A DNA stretch of 64,000 nucleotides from an uncultured bacterium. Its GTDB lineage: Bacteria > Actinomycetota > Acidimicrobiia > Spongiisociales > UBA5794. The stretch spans positions 11,580 to 75,579 of the forward strand of contig CAVZRA010000007.1 of assembly GCA_963777645.1 (NCBI GenBank). Direction: 5' to 3'. The translations under genes and the position numbers were made by a program. The notes below the pieces were generated by a model. The model saw nothing but the letters and a program-made list of their open reading frames with translations. It had not been told where the DNA came from and did not search any database. Of the stretch, positions 37,369 to 47,388 are shown piece after piece. Every line of letters starts with the position of its first letter. The first letter of the stretch is position 1.

Positions 37369-37445
37369 GGTGATGAATCGGCAGAAAGGTCGGAAAGCCG
37401 CAGAATCAAATAGGGCACTGCAATCTGACTAGTCCCCAGGTGATA

Positions 37446-38084
37446 TCAAACGATCTTGCGGTCCGAGGCCCATCGCGCCAACTCGTGGCGACTGGAGAGC
37501 TGGAGCTTGCGCAGCACCGAAGAGACGTGCGTCTCCACAGTCTTGATCGAGATCGACAGCTTGCGGGCTACCTGTTTGTAAGCGAGGCCGCGGGCAATGA
37601 GACGCATCACCTCCTGCTCGCGAGGGGTCAGCTGGTCGAGCTGAGAATCGGCGGCGGGGGAGATCGCTCCTCCGAACGCATCGAGCACGAATCCGGCAAG
37701 ACGTGGCGAGAACACGGCATCTCCTTCCGCAACACGCCGTACCGCGTCGGCAAGCTCGTCCGGAGCTATCGACTTGGTGACGTAGCCCCGGGCTCCGGCC
37801 CGGATCATGGCGATCACATCATCGGGAGAGTCCGAGACCGAGAGCGCCAAAAAGCGGGTGTCCGGGTGTGTCTGGAGAACGTTCGAGATCACGGTGACGC
37901 CACCACCGCCGGGCATGTGCACATCGACGAGTACCACTCCGGGCCTGGTCTCCCGGATAAGCGTGATTGCCTCGTCGACGTCGCCTGCGATGCCCACGAT
38001 GGGGAAGTGCTCGCTGAGCTCGCTCCGGACCCCCGAGAGGAAGAGCTCATGGTCGTCTACGAGAAAGAGTGTCGTCTCAGTCAT
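37446..38084 (-). CDS. NarL/LuxR-family response regulator (LiaR-like)
   Basis: LFLVDDHELFLSGV...VVLVDVHMPGGGG receiver domain. C-terminal LTPREQEVMRLIARGLAYKQVARKLSISIKTVETHV HTH. Confidence 0.9.
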   Translation of the reverse strand: MTETTLFLVDDHELFLSGVRSELSEHFPIVGIAGDVDEAITLIRETRPGVVLVDVHMPGGGGVTVISNVLQTHPDTRFLALSVSDSPDDVIAMIRAGARGYVTKSIAPDELADAVRRVAEGDAVFSPRLAGFVLDAFGGAISPAADSQLDQLTPREQEVMRLIARGLAYKQVARKLSISIKTVETHVSSVLRKLQLSSRHELARWASDRKIV

Positions 38085-39291
38085 GGTTTCCTCGCGGTAG
38101 CTTCAGGCGGACCTCGGTGCCTTCACCGGGCTCGCTGATGATTTCCGATTCGCCGCCTTGCCGTTTCATACGTTTCCTGAGAGAGTTCTCGATGCCGTGG
38201 CGGCCGTCGGGTATGGACTCAGGATCGAAGCCGCACCCCTGATCGGTCACGAACACCTCGGCGGCATCGTCGCGTACCTCGGCGAACACAGAGACCCGCG
38301 GCGCCCCAGAATGCTTGGCTGCGTTGGTCATCGCCTCGCCTGCCGCGGCGACCAGCGACGCCGTCCGCTCTGTCATCGGCATGTCGCCCACCACAACGAC
38401 TTCAACTGGGACATCGTGTCTCGCTTCGACGTCGGTAGCGGTGGCCTCGAGCGCCTGACGGAGGCCGATCGTCGCATCGCCGTTGCGGGGACTGTACAGC
38501 CAGCTGCGCAGATCGCGCTCTTGTGCCCTGGCCAGGGTGACCATTCTCTTTGGGTCGTCGGTGCGCTGGATGAGCGCAAGAGTCTGCAACACCGAATCGT
38601 GGAGATGAGCGGCGACCTCGGTACGCTCATCTGCCAGGATCCGACTGCGTCTCTCCTCGCCCAGGTCCCGGATCAGCGAGGTCACCCAGGGGCCGAAGAT
38701 GATCATGAACCCGGCGCCGGTGAGTGCTGCTGCGGTAATGGCCGGCCCGAGAGACTCGATCGACGAGATCGCCGAGGAAAGGCTGGCGATGCCGGCGAGT
38801 AGGAGAAGTGCACCCACCACGATCCGGGTTCGGCTCGGGGCGAGCGCACCGGAGGTGGGCTCGAAGATGCTCGTCTTGTCCCACATGGCGGCGCCACCAA
38901 AGGCAAGCAGCGTGCCCGCCCAGACGACCGTGTCGCCGAACCAGAGATTCAGCCCGCGGAACAACGACAGCATGCCGAGGAAGATCACCACCAGGCCGAT
39001 CATCTGGCGGGTATCTGGTGGATCGGCTGCGGTGACTTCGTCGCCGGGCGAGGCTATGGCAGTGCCGAGCAAGTAGAGGACGACGCCGGCGCCACCTGCG
39101 AGGGAGAGCGAGACGAAAGCAGCGCGGACGTAGGCATCTGCAATCCCGAGCCGATCGGCGATGCCTCCCGCAACGCCCATGACGACCCGATCATCGGTGC
39201 GCCGCACGATGAAGTTCCTGACACGGTCGACCGTGCCGGGAGATTCGGTTTCAACTGTCGTTTCCGCTCTCATATCGCCGAATGTTGTCAC
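38077..39291 (-). CDS. PspC-domain-containing sensor histidine kinase (HisKA_3 type, LiaS-like)
   Basis: N-terminal PspC motif VVMGVAGGIADRLGIADAYVRAAFVSLSLAGGAGVVLYLLG. Several TM segments. H-box VAAHLHDSVLQTL. HATPase motif NAAKHSG...DQGCGF. It overlaps the regulator start by 8 nt. Confidence 0.85.
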   Translation of the reverse strand: MTTFGDMRAETTVETESPGTVDRVRNFIVRRTDDRVVMGVAGGIADRLGIADAYVRAAFVSLSLAGGAGVVLYLLGTAIASPGDEVTAADPPDTRQMIGLVVIFLGMLSLFRGLNLWFGDTVVWAGTLLAFGGAAMWDKTSIFEPTSGALAPSRTRIVVGALLLLAGIASLSSAISSIESLGPAITAAALTGAGFMIIFGPWVTSLIRDLGEERRSRILADERTEVAAHLHDSVLQTLALIQRTDDPKRMVTLARAQERDLRSWLYSPRNGDATIGLRQALEATATDVEARHDVPVEVVVVGDMPMTERTASLVAAAGEAMTNAAKHSGAPRVSVFAEVRDDAAEVFVTDQGCGFDPESIPDGRHGIENSLRKRMKRQGGESEIISEPGEGTEVRLKLPRGNHD

Positions 39292-39393
39292 AGTGTGGGG
39301 TGTCGGACAACTAGGGGTCTCCCCGGGAACCCCGGGTGTACTTCAGGGTAGGTTCAGGGTATTACCCGATATGGCGGGAACCGTTCGGGTGTC

Positions 39394-40626
39394 ATGCTTG
39401 CAGATATGGAAACGACACAGTCAACACAACAGCAACCGCCGCCGCAGATACAACGTCCCCGGCTGGAGCGACTGCGTAGCGACCGCGTGATCGCCGGTGT
39501 CGCTTCTGGATTGGCCCGTCACCTCGGGATCGATGCTGCCTGGGTGCGGATCGGTTTTGTCGTGATCACCCTGTTCGGAGGCGCGGGCGTGCTCGCATAT
39601 CTCATCGGATGGATCGCCATACCGGAAGAGGGCGAATCGGAGTCGGTGCTCACCACCAAGACCCGCTCGAACTCGCATCTGGGCAGCTGGGTGGGGCTCG
39701 GGCTCATAGGGCTTGCGGTGATGATCCTGATTGGCAACACCGGTCTGATCGACGGCGATATCGTCTTTGCCGGCGGGCTGATAGTCCTCGGCATCCTCCT
39801 TTACCGCGGTGACCTTGGCGAATTCGGTAAGCGCAGGACTCACGATGGCGTGGAGGTTCAACCGCCACTGTCTGCGGCAACCCACTCATACGAGGAGACG
39901 CCGGTCGACACCGCAAGTCTCAGTCTTGACGAGATGCCCACGGTTGCTCCTCCAACCGAGCCACCGGTTGCGCCACCTCCTCCGGCCCCCGCCTTCCGGC
40001 CTCGTCCACCCCGCCCCCGCTACTCCTCGGTCCTGGGAAGGCTCGCCTTTGCCAGCTTGCTCATCGTCGTCGGCGTGATGGGTGTGGGCCAATCGCTGGG
40101 ATGGTGGGATCCGCTCGCCCGGCATTATGCGGGAGCTGTACTTGTCGTGCTCGGCGCGGCGTTGCTTGTCGGGTCCTTGTTCGGGCGAGCGCGGTGGTTG
40201 ATCGCCCTTGGCGTTGTCATCAGCCCATTGCTGTTCGGTGCCGCAATTCTCGATGTCCCGATCGAAGGTGGCATGGGCAGCCCGGTGCACTCACCGTCGA
40301 CGGTAGCTGAGCTGTCTCCGGAGTATCGGCTAGTTGGTGGTGAGATGATCATTGACCTAACCGATCTCGAACTGGCGACAGGCGAGACGTATCAGATGGA
40401 AGCAAGCGTTGCCTTCGGCACGCTGAAGATCCTGGTTCCCGATACCCTCGGCGTCAGTGTGGCTGCTGAGGTGGATGCCGGCCAGATCGTCGTCGACGGA
40501 GCCAACGTCGAGGAGGGTTTGAATTTGGACAGCAGCAAGGTCTATGAAGGGACTGGCATGATCGACATCGACGCACACGTCGGTTTTGGCGAGTTCGACA
40601 TCTACGAAGTGGAGAACCGACCATGA
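39394..40626 (+). CDS. PspC-domain membrane protein with LiaF-like C-terminal domain
   Basis: PspC motif VIAGVASGLARHLGIDAAWVRIGFVVITLFGGAGVLAYLIGWIAIPEEG. Pro-rich linker, TM block and a beta-rich C-terminus (GEMIIDLTDLEL...GTLKILVPD...). It is divergent from the PspC-kinase gene. Confidence 0.75.
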   Translation: MLADMETTQSTQQQPPPQIQRPRLERLRSDRVIAGVASGLARHLGIDAAWVRIGFVVITLFGGAGVLAYLIGWIAIPEEGESESVLTTKTRSNSHLGSWVGLGLIGLAVMILIGNTGLIDGDIVFAGGLIVLGILLYRGDLGEFGKRRTHDGVEVQPPLSAATHSYEETPVDTASLSLDEMPTVAPPTEPPVAPPPPAPAFRPRPPRPRYSSVLGRLAFASLLIVVGVMGVGQSLGWWDPLARHYAGAVLVVLGAALLVGSLFGRARWLIALGVVISPLLFGAAILDVPIEGGMGSPVHSPSTVAELSPEYRLVGGEMIIDLTDLELATGETYQMEASVAFGTLKILVPDTLGVSVAAEVDAGQIVVDGANVEEGLNLDSSKVYEGTGMIDIDAHVGFGEFDIYEVENRP

Positions 40627-40844
40627 TGAAGCACCCATTCGACGCGGTCTCTTTCTTCTTTGGGGCTCTCTTCCTCCTCGGCGGGATCCCCCTCATAGTC
40701 TCAGGGTCGGGGCTCGACTTTCTCGGCTACCGGTGGGTGTTCCCCGCATTCCTTGTGACCGTTGGTGTTGTCGTGTTGCTGACTGCTCAGTTCACCGAGC
40801 ACCATGACCAGGAAGACAGCGGCGACGGTGACCCGATCCGCTAG
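40623..40844 (+). CDS. small two-TM membrane protein cotranscribed with the PspC/LiaF-like gene
   Basis: Its start overlaps the upstream stop (ATGA). FFFGALFLLGGIPLIV and VFPAFLVTVGVVVLLTA are hydrophobic segments. Confidence 0.55.
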   Translation: MMKHPFDAVSFFFGALFLLGGIPLIVSGSGLDFLGYRWVFPAFLVTVGVVVLLTAQFTEHHDQEDSGDGDPIR

Positions 40845-40941
40845 ACGGGTTGATCGATCGCCGCAGAGTCGGGCAGATGCCGATTGCTCTGTGATATCGA
40901 GGACGATGTCGAGCCCGCGCTCGAGTTGCCCAATGCGCTCC

Positions 40942-41532
40942 TCACCGCTCAGCCCTCACCCGGTCCAGATACTCCTCGCCACGTGGCGACAACCGGTAAC
41001 CAACCCGGAAGCTGAGAGTGAGCCCGAGGTTCTTCAGCTTGCGGACATCGACCTTGAACGGCTGGGTCTCCCGACCGAACAACGCGGCGAGGTCGGGGGC
41101 TCGTCGTTCCGGGTTGTTCTGAATCGCTTCTAGATACGATCGGGTCCAGGAACCGTGGGAGCTTGCTCCGTCGAGTCTGGTGAGTCGCCCGGTGATGTCG
41201 GCAACCTCCTCATCTGTGAGATCCGTGCTGTGGGCGAGCACATCCCTCGGGTCGGGCTCGTTGAGATAGCGGAAAGTGATTCGATACACCGGCTCCCCGG
41301 GCGCACCGCGTAGGTCTGCGATCAGGGTGGCTGTGTCGGGGTAGCCGGCTGCGATCGCGTCCGAATCGGTGATCTCGTCGGCGGCGACGACATCGACGGT
41401 TGCCACGTGGAGACGACCCGCCGGAGACCGGTACACCCGTCCGGCCACCACCTGAGGTCGCTTCCAGCGGCGAAACGTAATCGTGACGAGTCCAGTCTGG
41501 ATTGGCGCCCAGAATCGCTTCTCGAAAAGCAC
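40942..41532 (-). CDS. ASCH-domain protein with C-terminal helical/wHTH-like extension
   Basis: MLFEKRFWAPIQTGLVTITFRRWKRPQVVAGRVY is an ASCH-like N-terminus. GTG start. Confidence 0.55.
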   Translation of the reverse strand: MLFEKRFWAPIQTGLVTITFRRWKRPQVVAGRVYRSPAGRLHVATVDVVAADEITDSDAIAAGYPDTATLIADLRGAPGEPVYRITFRYLNEPDPRDVLAHSTDLTDEEVADITGRLTRLDGASSHGSWTRSYLEAIQNNPERRAPDLAALFGRETQPFKVDVRKLKNLGLTLSFRVGYRLSPRGEEYLDRVRAER

Positions 41533-41565
41533 GCCGGCATTCTGGCATGAGAGAGAGGGGCCGGC

Positions 41566-42249
41566 TCAGACGCGGGTGACTGTCAGGCCACGGTGCGCCT
41601 GCCGTGCCTCCATGGCGAAGTCGAACCGGTCCCCGACCGTACAGAGGTCGATGTCGTCGGGGTGAGCGAACCAGGCTGCGCGTAGCACTGCGGCGCGCTC
41701 GTGTGCGGCAGCACGCTCAGCCGCTGCGGCTACATCGGCATGGCCGGAGAGAAGCAGCTCGGTAATCAGGTCTCCGCAGATGTCGTCCTCTGCTGCCGGT
41801 TCGATGCCGCCGATTCCGGATGCGACGACCGTCACTTCTCTTGCGTCGGCAAGCGCGTGTGCCGTTGCCGACGCGACGACAAGGCTTGCGACGTAGAGCG
41901 GACCGGCACCGTTGGCAAAGGCGATCCGGGCGCACCGGGTTCCTGAGGTACTTCGATGCACGACAGTCTTGCCCGCAACGGCTCCAGGGTTGGCCACTAT
42001 CTCGCCAGGTGAGTTGCCCAGAGCGAATTCATCAGGCCTGACTCCGTCCACCTCACCCATGAGCACAGCATTGGGTATCGATCGGGCGAGGGTTGTGGCC
42101 TCGTCGACGGTCTCGGCCAGAACGAGCTGGGTAGCTCCCGCATCCAGAGCGTACGCAGCAGCGGAGAACGCCCGGAAGACGTCGATGATGACAGTGGGAC
42201 CGATTGCTGCCGCCGCCCCTGCCATGCCACGCCGTCTCGTCACGATCAT
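41566..42249 (-). CDS. 2-phosphosulfolactate phosphatase (ComB) family protein
   Basis: Start trimmed to MIVTRRRG. Motif VIIDVFRAFSAAAYALDAGA...GNSPGEI is typical of the ComB family. Confidence 0.7.
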   Translation of the reverse strand: MIVTRRRGMAGAAAAIGPTVIIDVFRAFSAAAYALDAGATQLVLAETVDEATTLARSIPNAVLMGEVDGVRPDEFALGNSPGEIVANPGAVAGKTVVHRSTSGTRCARIAFANGAGPLYVASLVVASATAHALADAREVTVVASGIGGIEPAAEDDICGDLITELLLSGHADVAAAAERAAAHERAAVLRAAWFAHPDDIDLCTVGDRFDFAMEARQAHRGLTVTRV

Positions 42250-42310
42250 GCCCTGAGTATCGTGCACACGAGCAGGGAACAAAAGCCTGGGGTCCCGTGG
42301 TTTACCGAAC

Positions 42311-42712
42311 ATGACTGACATTGCATCTCTACTGCACCGAGACGACACCAGCATTGCCATCGTTGGGGCGACCGACGACCCGGCGAAGTACGGGTCCGTG
42401 ATCTACCGCGATCTGAAACACAAAGGATTCGAGGTCTACGCGGTCAACCCGAATCGGGATACGGTCGACGGCGATCCCGCATATCGCAGCCTGAGCGATC
42501 TACCGGTCAAGCCAACAATCGTCAACATCGTCGTCCCACCAAAGGCAACGCTGGCTGTGCTCGAGAAGGCCAAGGAGCTGGGGTATCGCAATGTCTGGGT
42601 ACAGCCCGGCGCTGAGAGCCCGGAGGTCATGGCGTATCTGACGGCGAGCGACTTCAACTACCTGGCAAACGCCTGCATCATGGTCGCGAGCCGGACTCAC
42701 TCGGCGCAATGA
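42311..42712 (+). CDS. CoA-binding domain protein (YccU-like)
   Basis: IAIVGATDDPAKYGSVIYRDLKHKGFEVYAVNP...VNIVVPPK...VWVQPGAES. Confidence 0.8.
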   Translation: MTDIASLLHRDDTSIAIVGATDDPAKYGSVIYRDLKHKGFEVYAVNPNRDTVDGDPAYRSLSDLPVKPTIVNIVVPPKATLAVLEKAKELGYRNVWVQPGAESPEVMAYLTASDFNYLANACIMVASRTHSAQ

Positions 42713-43464
42713 CAGGCCCCGTTGGTCTGGCGACCACCCTTTGGGGAGATGGGCGGCGTCGCGCCCTCCTGCTCCACGGTCTGACCTCGGCGAGTACCAC
42801 CTGGTGGCGGGTTGGGCCTGTCCTGGCGAAGCTTGGATACACCGTCGTTGCCCCGGACCTACGCGGCCACGGCAACAGCCCCGCAGGCGACGATCTGTCC
42901 ATCGAGTCCTACCGCGACGACGTGCTGCTCTTGGGTGGCGGATGGGATCTGCTGGTTGGCCACTCGCTGGGCGGCGTCGTTGCCGCAGCACTCGTCGAGA
43001 CTGATCCGGATTTCGCCGGGCGGGTCGTCTACGAGGATCCCGCGGCCGATTGGCGGCTCGCCGCCGAGTTCATTGCCGAGTCACCGGAGAGGGTGGGTAC
43101 AGCGACTATTGCCGGCATCGCTGCCGAGCATCCCGACTGGGAACCCGACGAGGTGAGGTACAAGGTGGAGTCTCTCAACTCCTGTCGCCGGGACGTCGAG
43201 GCGAGGACCGTGGCCGATGTCTTCCCCCGGGACATCTGGTCTGCGATGCTCGCCGCGGAGCTGCCCGGCCTTGTAATTGCCGCAGATCTCGATGTGGGCT
43301 CTCTTGTCTCGGCCGCTCAGGAGGCGCAAGCCGAGGGCAGCCCATTGCTTGTGGTTCGCATCACCGGTGCCGGGCATTCGGTGCATCGGGACGCACCGGA
43401 CGAGTTCATTGAATTGCTTACGGAGTTCGCGATGGCTCCGGTGTCGGCGCCACAGGCAAGCTGA
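42709..43464 (+). CDS. alpha/beta-fold hydrolase
   Basis: LLHGLTSASTTWW, nucleophile elbow GHSLGG and C-terminal GAGHSVHRD. The start overlaps the upstream stop (ATGA). Confidence 0.8.
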   Translation: MTGPVGLATTLWGDGRRRALLLHGLTSASTTWWRVGPVLAKLGYTVVAPDLRGHGNSPAGDDLSIESYRDDVLLLGGGWDLLVGHSLGGVVAAALVETDPDFAGRVVYEDPAADWRLAAEFIAESPERVGTATIAGIAAEHPDWEPDEVRYKVESLNSCRRDVEARTVADVFPRDIWSAMLAAELPGLVIAADLDVGSLVSAAQEAQAEGSPLLVVRITGAGHSVHRDAPDEFIELLTEFAMAPVSAPQAS

Positions 43465-44623
43465 GCTGAAATACGGTGAGGCCGTCCACCCGGTCGGCGG
43501 TGAGGTCGCCGCCCATCCGGCGGGCCAACTGGCGGGAAACGGTGAGGCCGAGCCCGATCGAGCCGTTCCTGGTGTCGGTGTGACGGGACCGCCCGTACGG
43601 CTCGAACAACGTATCGACTTCGTCGGGATCGAAGCCAGACCCGTTGTCGGCGACCACCACATAGCCGGTTTCGTCATCTCGCCGGATACGTACGTCGATC
43701 TGCGCCCCGCCATGACGGATCGCGTTTGTGAGCAGATTCCGGACGATCTGCCGCAGCCGCAGCGAATCGGCAAGCACCAGGACCGAAGGAGTGGCCTGCG
43801 TGATCTCCTTCCCTCCGACGGCTCCGCCGGCGGCCATGGCGGCGATCACCTTGCTCGCCGCGTCGGACAAGTCTGTCTCTTCGGCATCGATGCTGAGCTC
43901 GCCCGATGCGGATCGGAATGCCACCAGCAGATCATCCACGATGTCGGCAGCCTCCCTTGCTTCTCCAGAGATGAGCGCAAGCACCTCGGCGCCCTCCGGT
44001 GTCGCGACATCGACCGTGCCATCCTGGAGCGCCGCGGCAAACCCAGCGAGAGCGGTGAGCGGTGTGCGCAGCTCGTGGCTCACAGTCGCCACGAAGCGGT
44101 CCCGCGAGGCGTATTGCTCCTCGTAATCGCGTCGCAGTTGGTAGAGGATCCAGCCGCCAAACCCGAAGAGGACGGCGATAGCAAGCGCCTTCTGAACCAG
44201 GTCGTCCAGTCTGAGACCGTCGGCGATACCGCTCAATATAGCCAGGTACTCGGTGACGACGCCCAGAGCGATACCCGAGGCGAAACGGGCCTGTTTGCCG
44301 ATCGCGATCGAGATGAGCCCGAGCGTGGGGACGATCACCGATGCGGAGTTGAGATCGACTACGGTCGCAGTTCCGTAGTAGCTGAGCACGCCGAGCGTCG
44401 CAATGGCCAGACCGCCACCGCCGATCACCCAGTCCGCCTGCCATTGCCTGGTCGCCACCTGGTAGGCGGAGACGGCGACGAGCACGACGAAGACCTGCAA
44501 TCCCGGTGGGAAGAGGACGTCGTGGCGGATGACCTCGATAGCGACCTTTACGAGGACTACCGCCGGAATCGTCGTCATCATCAGGATGAGAACGATTCTG
44601 TGTGCGCGGTCGATGACCGTCAT
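43418..44623 (-). CDS. orphan membrane sensor histidine kinase
   Basis: Five to six TM segments. H-box FVATVSHELRTPLTAL. LLTNAIRHGG, DNGSGF and GLGLTVSRQLA. Its 3' end overlaps the hydrolase gene by 47 nt. Confidence 0.85.
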   Translation of the reverse strand: MTVIDRAHRIVLILMMTTIPAVVLVKVAIEVIRHDVLFPPGLQVFVVLVAVSAYQVATRQWQADWVIGGGGLAIATLGVLSYYGTATVVDLNSASVIVPTLGLISIAIGKQARFASGIALGVVTEYLAILSGIADGLRLDDLVQKALAIAVLFGFGGWILYQLRRDYEEQYASRDRFVATVSHELRTPLTALAGFAAALQDGTVDVATPEGAEVLALISGEAREAADIVDDLLVAFRSASGELSIDAEETDLSDAASKVIAAMAAGGAVGGKEITQATPSVLVLADSLRLRQIVRNLLTNAIRHGGAQIDVRIRRDDETGYVVVADNGSGFDPDEVDTLFEPYGRSRHTDTRNGSIGLGLTVSRQLARRMGGDLTADRVDGLTVFQLSLPVAPTPEPSRTP

Positions 44624-44665
44624 GCCAGCCGTCCTGGTTGTAGACGGTATACCTGTCGACCCTCT

Positions 44666-46138
44666 TCAGCTCGTTATTAGCTGATCGACCGGGGCGAAGT
44701 CATCGGTCAACACCCCGGCACCGCCGATGAAATCGCCGAGCTGTGGGTCGCCGAGCACGACCGCGGTGCTATCACGACCGGCTAGCGCTTCTTCAAGAGC
44801 GGCAATGTCGATCGGGCTGTCCGATGCCACGAGAACATAGTTGCCACCCTTTTCCCCGGACAGATAGTCGGACGGGGCGAGCACGACGATATGGGTAAAC
44901 ACCTTCGCCAGGGTTGCCGTTTCTGCCCTGGCAAAACCGAGCGGGGGATAGTCGATGAGGTTGAGCAGATAGAAGCCACCGGGCCGGAGCCTTTGGGCGA
45001 GCTCCTCGGCGAACTCCTCTGTTGTGAGATGCCAGGGCACAGCCGGTCCACCAAAAGCATCGCCGACAACTACGTCGTACGCACGAGCGGGGGTGTCTCT
45101 GAGCGTCATTCTGGCGTCGCCGATACGGATGTCGAGGGTGGTGGGGTCGAGCCCGAGCTCATTTTCGGCAACGTCGACGACAGCGGGGTCGAGCTCGAGC
45201 ACCGTGTTGGTGCCTGCCGGGTGGGTGGCGGCGACGTAGCGAGGGAACGTAAAACCACCTCCACCAATGGAAAGCGAGTCGACCGGTCCTTTTGGAAGCT
45301 GCGAATCCAGCACCGCACCGAAGATCCTGGCATAGCGAAAGTCGAGGTAGGTGGGGTCCTCCAGATCGACGTAGGAGTGGCGCAGGTTATCAAGTCGGAG
45401 CACTCTGCCCGACGGGCGCCCGGGGTCGACATCGACGTTGAGGCAGTAGTAGGCGGTCTCATGCTCGCAGGTCGCGGGAGTGGCCGCTGCCATCGTCGTT
45501 GAGAACGCCGCGATCGCCACCACCGTCAGGACGGCTTGCCTGGAAAGGGTGTTGGCGCTCAGCGCAGTCGCCAGACCGACGATGATGGTGACCAGGCCGA
45601 GAACGATGGTGATGGTTCGGCTTGGCCAGGCGGCGACCAGAATGAACCCGGCGAAGAATGTGCCGAATATTGCCCCGGCCGTACCGAGCGCCGAGAGCCT
45701 GCCGACGACGGTTCCGGTCTCGTCGAGAGTGTGTAGCTGGAGCTTGGTCACGGTGGGTGTCACCGCGGAGAGCACGGCGGCAGGGGCGAAGAAGCTCACT
45801 GTGGCCAGGAAGACGATTTCGATTGGGGTCGACGTCACCGACGGACCGACGAGGCGCACCGCCGGATACGTGAACAGGGCCAGCAGCCCGCCAACGACGA
45901 GGACGATAGGGAGGACCAGTCGCGGCGGATAGCGGTCTGCGAGTCTGCCCCCGAGCCACGAGCCTATGGCAATGCCCGCGAGGATGGTGCCGATGATGCC
46001 GGTCCAGGTCTCCAGGGTGTTGCCGACGAAGGGAGCCATCATCCGTCCGGCCAGGATCTCGAGGATGAGAACCGCAGCGGATGAGTAGAACACGACGGCA
46101 CGGGCGGCGAGGGTCGACATCGGGCACGAGTATCGCAT
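44666..46138 (-). CDS. membrane-anchored spermidine-synthase-like (polyamine aminopropyltransferase family) protein
   Basis: N-terminal ~7 TM segments. The C-terminal domain has SIGGGGFTFPRY and VVVGDAFGG motifs of the SpeE-like methyltransferase fold. An alternative start is at 46120. Confidence 0.75.
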   Translation of the reverse strand: MRYSCPMSTLAARAVVFYSSAAVLILEILAGRMMAPFVGNTLETWTGIIGTILAGIAIGSWLGGRLADRYPPRLVLPIVLVVGGLLALFTYPAVRLVGPSVTSTPIEIVFLATVSFFAPAAVLSAVTPTVTKLQLHTLDETGTVVGRLSALGTAGAIFGTFFAGFILVAAWPSRTITIVLGLVTIIVGLATALSANTLSRQAVLTVVAIAAFSTTMAAATPATCEHETAYYCLNVDVDPGRPSGRVLRLDNLRHSYVDLEDPTYLDFRYARIFGAVLDSQLPKGPVDSLSIGGGGFTFPRYVAATHPAGTNTVLELDPAVVDVAENELGLDPTTLDIRIGDARMTLRDTPARAYDVVVGDAFGGPAVPWHLTTEEFAEELAQRLRPGGFYLLNLIDYPPLGFARAETATLAKVFTHIVVLAPSDYLSGEKGGNYVLVASDSPIDIAALEEALAGRDSTAVVLGDPQLGDFIGGAGVLTDDFAPVDQLITS

Positions 46139-46200
46139 ACATCCCGCTCCAGCTACTTTGCGGTTTGGTCGACAGATTGAATTAGAGTTGCAAACCCTGC

Positions 46201-46274
46201 GGGCGTTTAGCTCAGTTGGCTAGAGCGCCTCCCTTACAAGGAGGAGGTCACTGGTTCGAGTCCGGTAACGCCCA
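46201..46274 (+). tRNA. tRNA-Val (anticodon UAC)
   Basis: Manual cloverleaf. Acceptor stem GGGCGTT/AACGCCC. D arm GCTC-AGTTGGCTA-GAGC. Anticodon stem CCTCC/GGAGG with loop CTTACAA. T arm ACTGG-TTCGAGT-CCGGT. Discriminator A. CCA is not encoded. Confidence 0.9.
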
Positions 46275-46508
46275 CGCGGACCTGCTGGGGTAGGCCTACT
46301 GGCAGTTTCCTATCTGCTCAAATGACGCGCGCCAGGATCTGGCCCGCAGACGAAAGTGGACTAGACAACAGACATCGTCTGCCGCTGTAGCGCTGAACAT
46401 GTGGCTGAGAAGTCGTGGCTGAGCCAGCTGATGTTGCGCTGCTCCTGGGGTTTGGTGCTGACCCGGAAGCGAACCCCGGGATACCGGGCGCACATGTCTT
46501 GTGTCGGA

Positions 46509-47267
46509 TCATCCTCCGGAGGACGCAGGCTCGTCCCACATGGATCGAGCCTCGACAACTACGTCTGGTCCCGGCGAGCGCAGCTCGAGCTGCTGTATCG
46601 CCTCTCCGACATTCTCGATGTCGTCTCGCTCAACCTGAACGATGACCAGTTGCCGGATCTCATCGACAAGAACGGCGCTGCGGGAGTCGCAACGTCCGTC
46701 CACAGCGGCAGCGACCCGCGCCGCCTCGTCGAGCCGTGTACGCAGATCCTCCATCGTGTACTCGACGTCCCTATACACGATCTCGAGATCGCTCTCGTAG
46801 GCGCCGGCAACGTTCTCGAACAAGTCCGTTGGTGCTCGGGTTGGTCTCAGAACCACAACTCTGAAACTGGGGACATGCTCAAAGACAACACCCGCATACC
46901 AGTCTCCGGTCGCTTCGGTCAGTCGACGGTGGAACTCCGCCGCCAGCTCCTGCTGTCTGAGCTGCAGCTCCGCTTGTTGCGGGTCGATCCCGAATGTTTC
47001 CGCGTAGGCCTGGATCGCACCCGCTTCGATCTCTATCACATCGCCAGATCCGACCGAGCTCGAAGCAGCCGTCTCCACCGTTGCTGTGGGACCTGCGAAC
47101 ACGGGAGAGCTGGTCGCGGCGTTGACCTCGCTCGTGGCGACTTCCTCGGCCGGCGAGGCACCGGTTTCGGCGGCGCAACCCGGAAGGAGGATCAGCGTGA
47201 CGAGCGCGATCAGGGTCGTCGGCAGTGATGATGAGCGTGCTGCGTGGTTGCACCATCGGCCAAGCAT
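46509..47267 (-). CDS. hypothetical lipoprotein
   Basis: Signal peptide with lipobox LILLPGC. Acidic mature part with no recognisable domain. Confidence 0.5.
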   Translation of the reverse strand: MLGRWCNHAARSSSLPTTLIALVTLILLPGCAAETGASPAEEVATSEVNAATSSPVFAGPTATVETAASSSVGSGDVIEIEAGAIQAYAETFGIDPQQAELQLRQQELAAEFHRRLTEATGDWYAGVVFEHVPSFRVVVLRPTRAPTDLFENVAGAYESDLEIVYRDVEYTMEDLRTRLDEAARVAAAVDGRCDSRSAVLVDEIRQLVIVQVERDDIENVGEAIQQLELRSPGPDVVVEARSMWDEPASSGG

Positions 47268-47388
47268 TGTGTCCTGTGTCCCCTCGAGGAACTCGTCTCA
47301 GCCCTTTGACGTTGCCGGACGTTGCCAAGGTTCCCCGGTTGCCGTCACTCACGATCGCCCGTTCAGCCCGACGCTGCTTGCATTTCGA

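Noticed and set aside
46275-46508. Genomic-island or prophage integration site at the 3' end of tRNA-Val
   Set aside because: There is no integrase or recombinase downstream. I could find no direct repeat of the tRNA 3' half in the following kilobases. By eye, the GC content of neighbouring genes is native.
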